DNA from: Candidatus Poribacteria bacterium
GTDB lineage: Bacteria > Poribacteria > WGA-4E > JAJDTR01
NCBI GenBank assembly: GCA_965222225.1
Contig: CBDCTK010000002.1
Span: forward strand, 2,560,001-2,624,000
Length of the DNA: 64,000 bases
Direction of reading: 5' to 3'
Shown piece after piece: positions 55,580 through 64,000 of this stretch. The translations under genes were made by a program, and so were the position numbers. Below the pieces are notes generated by a model that saw only the letters and a list, made by a program, of their open reading frames with translations, did no database searches and was not told the origin of the DNA. The first letter of the stretch is position 1; each line of letters opens with the position of its first letter.

Positions 55580-56037
55580 GGGAGTTTTTTTGAGATTGCG
55601 TTGGATTGTTGGAGCGGGGGACGCGCGTTTGACGTCAGCATTAGTATAGATTGAGGTATTGGTGGTGTCAAGGGGTTTCCGTCGGGGTGGCGGATGGAAG
55701 CGTGGAAGGATGGACGGAAGAAACCGAGTTTTGAAGAAAAAACTCGGTTTCGAGGGGAGATTGTAGATTTGAGGGTTTAAGATTGGTGGGCAGTGCCCAC
55801 CCTACAATACAAGTTGAATATCGCACTAGGATAGCGGTCTCTTCCGGTTCCCGGCTTGTGAAAATCCCTATCGCGCGGGATTTTCACAGGGATCTCTATC
55901 GCGCTCATTATTCATTCGCTTGATCCCCTACAGTAGGTTTGTAAAGTGGCTGTTGGGAAAAGGACTTGACAAATTCGCCAGGAATAGACTATCATTCGTT
56001 GGTTTTTTGCAGACACATTTTTCGAAAGGAGCTCCTC

Positions 56038-56172
56038 GTGAAACGTACATATCAGCCTCATAATCGTAAGCGCAAAAACAAACTCGGATTTCGGCAGCGG
56101 ATGTCCACGAAAAACGGCCGAAAACTTATCGCGCGGCGACGGCTCAAGGGGCGTCGTATCCTTAGCGCGTAG
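56038..56172 (+). CDS. rpmH: 50S ribosomal protein L34
   Basis: MKRTYQP...[10 protein letters not shown]...RR.KGR..LS; GTG start with AAGGAG RBS. Confidence 0.96.
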   Translation: MKRTYQPHNRKRKNKLGFRQRMSTKNGRKLIARRRLKGRRILSA

Positions 56173-56246
56173 ACCTATCCGAAACATAACCAATTCTTTC
56201 CACCCAGCCCCCTTGGGAGCCATCAACCACTGCCTTTCTTCAGAAT

Positions 56247-57251
56247 ATGCTTCCGCTTGGAAAGCTCAAAATCGATTTCTTAGAAAGCATCCTTCCCGAC
56301 GCAGGACGTGATTCCCGTGTCATCGTAGGCGCGCAGGTCGGGGAGGATGCGGCTGTCATCGACTTCGGCGAAACCTGCCTCGTAGCCAAGACCGACCCGA
56401 TCACGTTTGCAACCGACGAAATTGGTTGGTACCTTGTCTGTGTGAATAGCAATGACATCGCGGCGATGGGAGCCGTTCCGAAATGGTTACTGGTGACGAT
56501 TCTGCTGCCGGAGCGTTATGCCACCGAAGATCTCGTCTCAGACATTATGGCGCAGATTGCCAAAGCGTGCGAACACTTCAACATCGCGTTGTGCGGCGGG
56601 CATACGGAGGTCACGTATGGCTTGGATCGACCGATTGTTGTCGGGCAGATGCTCGGCGAGGTACGAAAGGAGAAATTAATCCTGTCCTCCGGGGCGCGAG
56701 AGGGGGATGACCTTATCCTCACGAAAGGACTCGGGATTGAGGCGACTTCGATCATCGCTCGCGAGCGCGAATCGGAACTGGTGGACAAATATTCCGGCTG
56801 CTTTCTTGCGCGGGCGAAAGAACACCTCACTTCTCCCGGGATTTCGGTTCTGAAGGACGCTCTAACCGCGGCTGGCACCGGAGGCGTCCATGCCATGCAC
56901 GATCCGACGGAGGGCGGGATTGCAACAGCAATTCATGAGCTATGCCGAGCCGCACAACTCGGCGCGGTTGTCTGGCAGGAGAAACTGTTTCTCTCCGATG
57001 AGGCACGGAGGCTTTGTGCGGAATTTGAGTTGAATCCGTTGGGTGTCATCTCTTCGGGAGCGTTGCTAATTGCCGCGGCTCCCGCGAGGACGCATGAGAT
57101 TGCGGATGCGCTTGGCAAAGAGGGAATTGCCTCGGGGGTTATCGGTCGCTTCCACGCGCAGGAAGAGGGGATTTGGCTTGAGAACGGAAATGGAGAACGC
57201 CAGCCGCTTCCAATCTTCGAGAGTGACGAGATTACCAAGATTTTCAATTGA
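56247..57251 (+). CDS. AIR synthase-related (PurM/HypE-like) protein
   Basis: GEDAAV, TDP, NDIA, GGHTE, MHDPTEGG. Confidence 0.85.
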   Translation: MLPLGKLKIDFLESILPDAGRDSRVIVGAQVGEDAAVIDFGETCLVAKTDPITFATDEIGWYLVCVNSNDIAAMGAVPKWLLVTILLPERYATEDLVSDIMAQIAKACEHFNIALCGGHTEVTYGLDRPIVVGQMLGEVRKEKLILSSGAREGDDLILTKGLGIEATSIIARERESELVDKYSGCFLARAKEHLTSPGISVLKDALTAAGTGGVHAMHDPTEGGIATAIHELCRAAQLGAVVWQEKLFLSDEARRLCAEFELNPLGVISSGALLIAAAPARTHEIADALGKEGIASGVIGRFHAQEEGIWLENGNGERQPLPIFESDEITKIFN

Positions 57252-57481
57252 GTTGAATGGATGCCTATCAATGACAGAAAGTAAAAGTTAGGATTGGAAG
57301 GATGGAAGAGGGAAAGGATGGAAAATTCTCTTTCACGCCACCGTCATTCGGATTCGCGCTAGTGGTGCCGCATGGTAGTAGGTAGCGCAGATCTGCGTTC
57401 CTTACAGTTACCAAGACATAATACGATTCAAGTTTATCTGGTAGCTGAATCGCTCGGAGGACGATGTGCGAGGGATAATCT

Positions 57482-58732
57482 ATGCCAAGAAAATTTGATG
57501 TCCCAACCTACTATCGCAGCCCGATTATCTCCGTTGTGAAGAAAGCGCGGCAGGTGACGGATCCGCGCAAGCGAGATCTCTCTCCATCAATGCTGGATTT
57601 TGGACCGGTTCGATTCAAGATTTCACGGCACTTCGGGTTCTGCTACGGCGTCGAAAATGCGATCGAGATCGCTTATCGGGCTTTGGAGGATAATCCGGAT
57701 AAGCAGATATACTTGCTGTCCGAGATGATTCATAATCCTCGCGTCAACGATGATCTGCGGCAACGAGGGATACAGTTCCTCTGCGACACCTCGGGACGGC
57801 AGCTTATTCCTTTCGACCATTTGACGCCGGACGACATCGTCATTGTGCCGGCGTTCGGCACCACATTGGAGATTCAGGAAGATTTAGCGCAGCGAGGCAT
57901 CAACCCGTATGCCTTCAACACCACCTGCCCGTTTGTCGAGAAGGTTTGGAAGAAGAGTCACGATATCGGCAGCCTGAATTATACGGTTGTCGTGCACGGC
58001 AAGCGTCACCATGAGGAGACGCGCGCCACATTTTCTCACGCCAAGGCGGAGGCGCCGGTCGTAATCGTCCGCGATTTGGAGGAAGCGAAACAGCTTGCGC
58101 GCGTCATACGTCGGGAGGCGTCGAAGGAATTTTTCTACGAGTATTTTGCGGATCGGCACTCTCCGGATTTTGATCCGGACAAGCATCTCCAGCGCGTCGG
58201 TGTGGTAAACCAGACGACGATGCTCGCCACGGAGACTCAGGCGATTGCCAAGCTGCTCCGGCAGGCGATGATAGCGCGGTACGGCGAAAAGGATATCGAC
58301 GAACATTTTGCCGACACGAACGATACGCTCTGCTACGCGACAAAGGAGAATCAGGATGCCACGGTCGCGCTGATCGACGATGGGGGCGATGTCGCTGTCG
58401 TCGTCGGGGGCTACAATTCTTCCAATACCAGCCACCTTGTGGAGCTATGCGAGGAGCGTATGCCGACGTACTTCATCTGCGATGCCGACGAGATGAGTTC
58501 GCCGAAGCGCATCCGTCACCTAAACATTCACACGAGGTCGGTAGCCGTGACATCCGACTGGCTTCCGTTAGATTCCAAGAACGGGTCGCCGATTGATGTT
58601 GTGCTAACGGCGGGCGCCTCTTGCCCGGATTCTCTCCTTGATGATACCCTCCACAAAATTGTCTCTTGGTTTCCGGCGGCGCATTCCGTTGACGCCGTCA
58701 TGTCGCCTTTTCAAGAACAACTTCCTGCTTAG
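57482..58732 (+). CDS. ispH: 4-hydroxy-3-methylbut-2-enyl diphosphate reductase
   Basis: GFCYGV, IHNP, TTCPFV, NQTT, LCYAT..NQ, VGGYNSSNT, TAGASCP. Confidence 0.95.
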   Translation: MPRKFDVPTYYRSPIISVVKKARQVTDPRKRDLSPSMLDFGPVRFKISRHFGFCYGVENAIEIAYRALEDNPDKQIYLLSEMIHNPRVNDDLRQRGIQFLCDTSGRQLIPFDHLTPDDIVIVPAFGTTLEIQEDLAQRGINPYAFNTTCPFVEKVWKKSHDIGSLNYTVVVHGKRHHEETRATFSHAKAEAPVVIVRDLEEAKQLARVIRREASKEFFYEYFADRHSPDFDPDKHLQRVGVVNQTTMLATETQAIAKLLRQAMIARYGEKDIDEHFADTNDTLCYATKENQDATVALIDDGGDVAVVVGGYNSSNTSHLVELCEERMPTYFICDADEMSSPKRIRHLNIHTRSVAVTSDWLPLDSKNGSPIDVVLTAGASCPDSLLDDTLHKIVSWFPAAHSVDAVMSPFQEQLPA

Positions 58733-58892
58733 CCTCATGGAAGGATGGAAGAATGGAAGCTACGATTTGTCCATGCCCATAGAAATTGTACCGTACATGG
58801 AATGATGGCGGCGCCCCTTCAAGGATAGGAGTTGCAGAAACCGAGTTTTTCGTACATGTCTACACACAATCCGGAATGCTTAGAAACTTGGA

Positions 58893-59987
58893 TTAAGATA
58901 GCTCTCGTAGGGCGCCGAGGAGGGTATCGGTTTGCTCCGGGCGGCCGATGCTGATGCGGACGTGGTCGGTCAAGCCGGGCTTGCTAAAGTAGCGCACCAG
59001 GATACCTCGCCCCTCAAGATCGAGTTTGAGTTGGCGGGCGTCTCGGTCAATGACGCGGCAGAGAATGAAATTTGCTTGGCTCGGATAGGGCCGCAGGAAA
59101 CCGAGTTGGGTCAATTCTCCATACAACCGCCCGCGTTCTTCGACAATCTTTCTCACCGTTCCCATCAAATGTTCGGCGTCGTTTAGCGATGCCAACGCCG
59201 CCACGGTACCCGCCACATTGACGTTATACGGCTGCTTAATCTTCCATAGTTGCGGCATGATCGCTTCGGGGAAGACGCCGTACCCCACGCGCAGTCCCGC
59301 CAACCCGGCCCATTTACTGAAGGTGCGCAAAACGATGAGATTCTCATGTTCCATCACCCAATTGACGCGGCTGGTTCCGTGGAATTCGACATAGGCTTCA
59401 TCAAGAATCAAGGCGATGGGCAGGTCAAGCAAACGCACCAGATCATCGTCGCTCAAGATGCCCCCGTCGGGATTGTTAGGGCTGGTCAGAAAGAGGAGCT
59501 TGACGTTTGGAGCCTTCGCGACGGTTGACTTGATGGCGTCGATATCAACCGAGAAATCGAATCCGCGGGGGATGTTCATGAGGTGTCCGCCGTTGAGACC
59601 GGTATCAAAGCTGTACATGCCAAAGGTGGGAGGGCAATCAATGACGACATCACCCGGCTGGATAAGGAGGCGCATAATAAGGTCAATCAGTTCGTCAGCG
59701 CCGTGCCCTACCATGATGCGGGATTTGTTTATGCTCAAATATCGGCTCAGCGCCTCGCGGAGCACGGTGTTTCCCGGATCGGGGTAGATGTGGTAATAGC
59801 GCTCGCTTGCCAGCGCTTCGTGGATGCGCGGTGAGGGACCGTAGGGGTTCTCGTTGGCGTCGAGTTTGATTATCTCCTCGGGCGATCTGCCGAGTCGCTT
59901 GCTCAGGACATCAAATGGAAGGATGGGGGTGTAGGCTTCCATCTCGGCTATTTCTGGGCGGACGAATTTAGTTAGGTCGAATGGCAT
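58893..59987 (-). CDS. hisC: Histidinol-phosphate aminotransferase
   Basis: DANENP, SPNNPDG, DEAYVEF, RTFSKWAGLAGLRVGY. Confidence 0.93.
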   Translation of the reverse strand: MPFDLTKFVRPEIAEMEAYTPILPFDVLSKRLGRSPEEIIKLDANENPYGPSPRIHEALASERYYHIYPDPGNTVLREALSRYLSINKSRIMVGHGADELIDLIMRLLIQPGDVVIDCPPTFGMYSFDTGLNGGHLMNIPRGFDFSVDIDAIKSTVAKAPNVKLLFLTSPNNPDGGILSDDDLVRLLDLPIALILDEAYVEFHGTSRVNWVMEHENLIVLRTFSKWAGLAGLRVGYGVFPEAIMPQLWKIKQPYNVNVAGTVAALASLNDAEHLMGTVRKIVEERGRLYGELTQLGFLRPYPSQANFILCRVIDRDARQLKLDLEGRGILVRYFSKPGLTDHVRISIGRPEQTDTLLGALRELS

Positions 59988-60086
59988 AGTTGTAGGTACG
60001 CGGGGTTTCGGCGTTGCTATACACCTGCCGCCCTTCCAGGGCTTTTGGCTGCATGGTGCTACTACTAAAGACAGTAGTGCACAGCT

Positions 60087-61391
60087 TCAGGCGAACAGTT
60101 CGTTAACAACGCTACCGTTGTTGACGACGCGAATCGGTCGTCCGGCACGCGAGTAGTTTTGGTTGTTATAATCGATTCCGAGGGCAAAGCAGAGGGAGGC
60201 GAAGAGATCGGGTACGGAAACTGGTCGCTCCACGACCTCGGTGCCATCCGTGTTGGTCGCACCGATTGCGCGTCCGCCGCGCACTCCGCCGCCGGCGATT
60301 ACGGCAGACCATCCGTTAGGGAAGTGATCCCGCCCTTCGTTTTCGTTTATTGTAGGCGTTCGCCCAAATTCACCGAGCCAAAGCACGATTGTCTCGTCAA
60401 GGAGATTGCGGTCATCAAGATCTCTCACGAGCGCCGCGAAGGCGGGGTCGACAACCTTTAGCAACCCTTCCGTCTGTTCAAAGTTATTTGTGTGCGTGTC
60501 CCACCCGTCAAGGGAGACCTCAACAAACTTCACCCCCGCCTCGATTAGGCGTCTCGCCATCAAACACCCCTGACCGAACCGGTTGTCGCCGTAGGCTTCT
60601 CTGAGGGCGATCGGTTCGTCGGAGATGTCGAACGCCTTCGCGCTTGGCGAATTGATTAGCTTGTCCGCTTTTTTGTAGACGGCTCGGTGCGCTTCCGTGC
60701 TTCTGACCTCGCGATTCTTGAGAAAATCCGTTTCGATATCGTCCAATAGTTTAAGCCGTTGTTGAAAACGCCGCTGATCCATCTGTTCCGGATATTTCAG
60801 GTCTTCAATCGGATTTCTCGGATCGTTCACGACAAACGGGTCGTGCGTTGCCCCGATAATCCCTGCGGTAAACGATGGCGAGTTGATGTTGACACAGTTG
60901 GGAAGATCGGAATCCTCTTCAGCCAGATAGTGGGACGCGAGCGATCCGAATGTCGGATGTTTGACAGAGCCCGTCGGCGGGTACCCGGTATGCAGCAGGT
61001 ATCGTGCCCGCTCGTGATTTCCCTCGCGGGACACCATGGAGCGAATCACTGCGAGATGGTGCGCTTGCTCCGCGACCAACGGCAGGTGCTGGGAGAATTG
61101 GATTCCTTTCGCGCTGGTTGAAATTGCGCTGAAGGGACCGGCGTTTAGCGACCCCGGCTTCGGATCGAAAGTGTCCAGTTGGCTCGGTCCACCGTTCATG
61201 AACAGCACAATGCACCGTGTTGCGCGCGGCACGATGTTTTCCATGTGGGCGAATGCCGCGGATTGAAGATGCTGCATGGCGACAAGCCCAAGGAAACTGC
61301 TCATTCCGAATTTGAGGAAGTTGCGTCGTGACATCTCGCTATTCAACGTGTCGGGGGATTCGTACTCCGGAACCCAGATTTGCGTCTTCAT
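60087..61391 (-). CDS. DUF1501 family protein (Tat signal)
   Basis: SRRNFLK, GGPSQLDTFDPKP, GWDTH, GEFGRTP, GRDH. Confidence 0.9.
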   Translation of the reverse strand: MKTQIWVPEYESPDTLNSEMSRRNFLKFGMSSFLGLVAMQHLQSAAFAHMENIVPRATRCIVLFMNGGPSQLDTFDPKPGSLNAGPFSAISTSAKGIQFSQHLPLVAEQAHHLAVIRSMVSREGNHERARYLLHTGYPPTGSVKHPTFGSLASHYLAEEDSDLPNCVNINSPSFTAGIIGATHDPFVVNDPRNPIEDLKYPEQMDQRRFQQRLKLLDDIETDFLKNREVRSTEAHRAVYKKADKLINSPSAKAFDISDEPIALREAYGDNRFGQGCLMARRLIEAGVKFVEVSLDGWDTHTNNFEQTEGLLKVVDPAFAALVRDLDDRNLLDETIVLWLGEFGRTPTINENEGRDHFPNGWSAVIAGGGVRGGRAIGATNTDGTEVVERPVSVPDLFASLCFALGIDYNNQNYSRAGRPIRVVNNGSVVNELFA

Positions 61392-61484
61392 CTTGCATTC
61401 TCCATTTCAATTCAAGTGCGGCGAGATTGCATCGCAGTTGTTTATGGTTCTTGATTTCGATCCGTAAAATTTTTCCAAGTTGAT

Positions 61485-63071
61485 TCAGTGGTTTAGTGCG
61501 AACTCGGCAGAGTTGAGTAGAACCCAATAGATATCGCTGTAGGCAAGATCTTTGTTGCGGTAGAGGCTGCGGTCCAAGTAGCGCTTGAAGTACGTTTTTT
61601 CCTTTGAATTCGGCGGACGAGAGAGCACGTTTAGGTAGATGTGTTCAAGGCGGTCACTCGGGTCGCGCCATTTGTCAAGGATGTAGTTGAGAAAACTGCC
61701 TCGCTCTTTGGTATCCGCGCTATCGTTCACCATGGAGCCGTTAATCATCATCAAAGCCTGGGGCACGGTGCCGTTAAACGCTTCAATCTCCTCGTTCTCC
61801 CCGTTGTCGAGTAGAAAGATAAAACGCTCAAGATAATCGCGTTTCTTACTCTCAAGAGCTCCCGGGTCTCGGCGATTTTGCAACCTTTCAAAGCCGGTAG
61901 CTTGAAGCATTGAGTAGAAAAACTGCTCCGGGTCTAGCGGTTTGATGTAGGCGTGCGAATAGTATGTGTCGTCATCCTTGTTGCTCTTGTTCGTTGCCGA
62001 TGATCGCTGGTAAGCGTCTGTGTTCAAAATAATGCGCATCAAATACTGTAAATCATAGTCGTAGATGACGAAGAAATCGGCTAGGGTGTCGAGGAGTTCG
62101 GGATCCGATGGCGGATACTCCTCTCCGAATCCGTCGAGCGGTTCGACGAACGCCCTCCCCATAAAATGCGCCCAAATTCGGTTCACGAGTGCCTTGGCAA
62201 AGTAGGGATTATCTTTGCGGGTTAACCATTCACCTAACGCCTGTCGCTCCAAGGTAGGCAGTCCTTGATAGGGCTTGCCGTCCAAGAAGCGCGGAACGAC
62301 GTTTGTATCGGTGTCCGGGATATGAATTGGTCCCGCGGTACCGTCTTTAATGTAGGCTCCTACCTCTTCCTTCTTGCCATCCATGGTTATTTCGTAAAGC
62401 GGAACTCGCTCCATGCCGGTGAAAAATGCGGCGACACCGAAGAAATCCTCTTGGAACCACGCCTCAGTCTTGTGATCATGACACTGAGCGCACTGCATCG
62501 GCAGCCCCAGAAATAGACGGGAGATTTGGGCGGTCAATTCTACCGGATCCAAATCGTAGCGCATGATATAATCTGCGGCGCCGTTGTCTTCCGCGTTTCC
62601 CTTCGCGGCTACAAGTTGCTTCACAAAGTAATCGTACGGCATGTTTTTCCTCAGCGCCTCTTGCACCCAATTTTCCAAGTTTTCCAGATTGCTGGAAGCT
62701 TCTCGCTTTACTAGCCAATTCATCCAAAGATGTGTCCAATACTGAATGTAGGGTTCACTACCAATCAACCTGTCAATCTTCTTCTCCCGCTTATTCTTGG
62801 ACCCAGCCTTGAGGAATTCCAGGACCTCGTCGGCAGTAGGGATTTTGCCGGTCAAATCGAGGTGAACGCGCCTCAGAAATTCGGCGTCGGATGATTGCTT
62901 GGAGGGCTTGAGATCCTGCTCCTTCAATCTTGTCCCAATGTGTATGTTCAAGAATTCCGTACTTCTAGGGATACGGCTTTCTGCCGCCGAGTTCCAGATG
63001 CAGAATGACACAAGGATTACAAGCCAAGAAAAAAGAGTTGGGTTACGTGAATATTGAGATGAGCATTTCAT
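61485..63071 (-). CDS. DUF1549/DUF1553 domain protein
   Basis: FLRRVHLDLTG.IP, CAQCHDH, FAKALVNRIW, QALMMING. Confidence 0.9.
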   Translation of the reverse strand: MKCSSQYSRNPTLFSWLVILVSFCIWNSAAESRIPRSTEFLNIHIGTRLKEQDLKPSKQSSDAEFLRRVHLDLTGKIPTADEVLEFLKAGSKNKREKKIDRLIGSEPYIQYWTHLWMNWLVKREASSNLENLENWVQEALRKNMPYDYFVKQLVAAKGNAEDNGAADYIMRYDLDPVELTAQISRLFLGLPMQCAQCHDHKTEAWFQEDFFGVAAFFTGMERVPLYEITMDGKKEEVGAYIKDGTAGPIHIPDTDTNVVPRFLDGKPYQGLPTLERQALGEWLTRKDNPYFAKALVNRIWAHFMGRAFVEPLDGFGEEYPPSDPELLDTLADFFVIYDYDLQYLMRIILNTDAYQRSSATNKSNKDDDTYYSHAYIKPLDPEQFFYSMLQATGFERLQNRRDPGALESKKRDYLERFIFLLDNGENEEIEAFNGTVPQALMMINGSMVNDSADTKERGSFLNYILDKWRDPSDRLEHIYLNVLSRPPNSKEKTYFKRYLDRSLYRNKDLAYSDIYWVLLNSAEFALNH

Positions 63072-63296
63072 AATTTTGTTCTCCGCGGCACCGACGGTGC
63101 TAGTTTGAAGTCTAGAGATGCATAAGCATAACACAACTGGCGTTATCTCTGCGTAAATCGCTCAAAGCATCCTATACCACAAAAGTTGGGCTAGGAAGGG
63201 ATTTCTATCGCGGTCGTTATCAGGGATCCCTATCGCATTCGCTATTCGCTCATTTGATCGTTCCCTTGATTCCTCCTACGGAGTGATCGCTTGGTT

Positions 63297-64000
63297 CTAC
63301 TTCCTAATCAGCATCTTGCGTGTTGCCGTGAAGTCGCCAGCCGTCAGTGTGTAGAAATAGATGCCGCTGGCGACTGGCTCGCCACCCCCATTGCGGCCGT
63401 CCCAATACAGCGCACGGCTGTGGCTCTGATACAGCCCAGCCGCTTGATGTCCCATCTCAAAACGCCGAACCGTCCCCCCGTTCATGTCATAAATCGTCAA
63501 CGTTACCTCTGCGGGCGCCGCCAACTGATAGGGTATCCAGGTCTCAGGATTGAAGGGATTCGGATAATTGGGCAGGAGTGCCGTCTCTGACGGGATCATC
63601 GAGGCTGACAACACCTCGAGGTTGGCTATGGCTTGTCGGAAGGCGATTGAGCCGTCGTCTGCGAGTCGTGCTTGGGCAATCCACGTCTCTATTGTCTTGG
63701 ATTCTAACCCATGCGCTGGCGGCGCGGCAGTTCCGCCAATTCCCTGAGCGACGAGAGTGAGGTCGAATATATTTACAACCCCATCGCCATTAACATCCAC
63801 GCTCGAGTTGGCGGGCACACTTCTCCCTAACTGCCGCGCAACCAGAATCAGATCCAAAATACTGACAACTCCATCACGATTTACATCCCCGGTCATCAGC
63901 CGTTCCTCCACAATGAAAGTGATTTCATGCGGCCCCGCCGGGATGTTTTCACCAGTGAAAGAGCCAAGCTGGAAGTTACCCAGCGCCACTGCTGTTTCGC
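63297..64000 (-). CDS. Dockerin + FlgD-Ig C-terminal domain surface protein (5' part outside the window)
   Basis: GDVNRDGVVSILDL; NYPNPFNPETWIPY...TRKMLIRK. Confidence 0.85.
   Translation of the reverse strand, partial: ETAVALGNFQLGSFTGENIPAGPHEITFIVEERLMTGDVNRDGVVSILDLILVARQLGRSVPANSSVDVNGDGVVNIFDLTLVAQGIGGTAAPPAHGLESKTIETWIAQARLADDGSIAFRQAIANLEVLSASMIPSETALLPNYPNPFNPETWIPYQLAAPAEVTLTIYDMNGGTVRRFEMGHQAAGLYQSHSRALYWDGRNGGGEPVASGIYFYTLTAGDFTATRKMLIRK

Overview
This is bacterial chromosomal DNA. The gene content suggests Candidatus Poribacteria or a relative (inference from many LamG, phytanoyl-CoA dioxygenase, FG-GAP, DUF1501/DUF1553 and 'NxPNPFNPETW' C-terminal Ig-domain proteins). About 1-25 kb is a decaying accessory region. 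It holds two disrupted 2-oxoacid/acetoin dehydrogenase loci, several pseudogenes, three RT-less group II intron elements, a Y1/RAYT-type transposase, a serine resolvase with res-like DNA, a Tn3-type 38-bp-TIR miniature element, an IS1 remnant, a solitary attC-like site and two degenerate tandem tRNAs. About 25-64 kb is mostly core genome: murQ and a sugar kinase interleaved with nuclease-like genes, then gyrA-gyrB-dciA-recF-dnaN-[inserted surface protein]-oriC-dnaA-[REP-flanked RM cassette]-rpmH, then ispH, hisC and DUF1501/DUF1553. Several REP-like palindrome families are densely scattered through it. All product calls come from motif recognition only; no searches were run.
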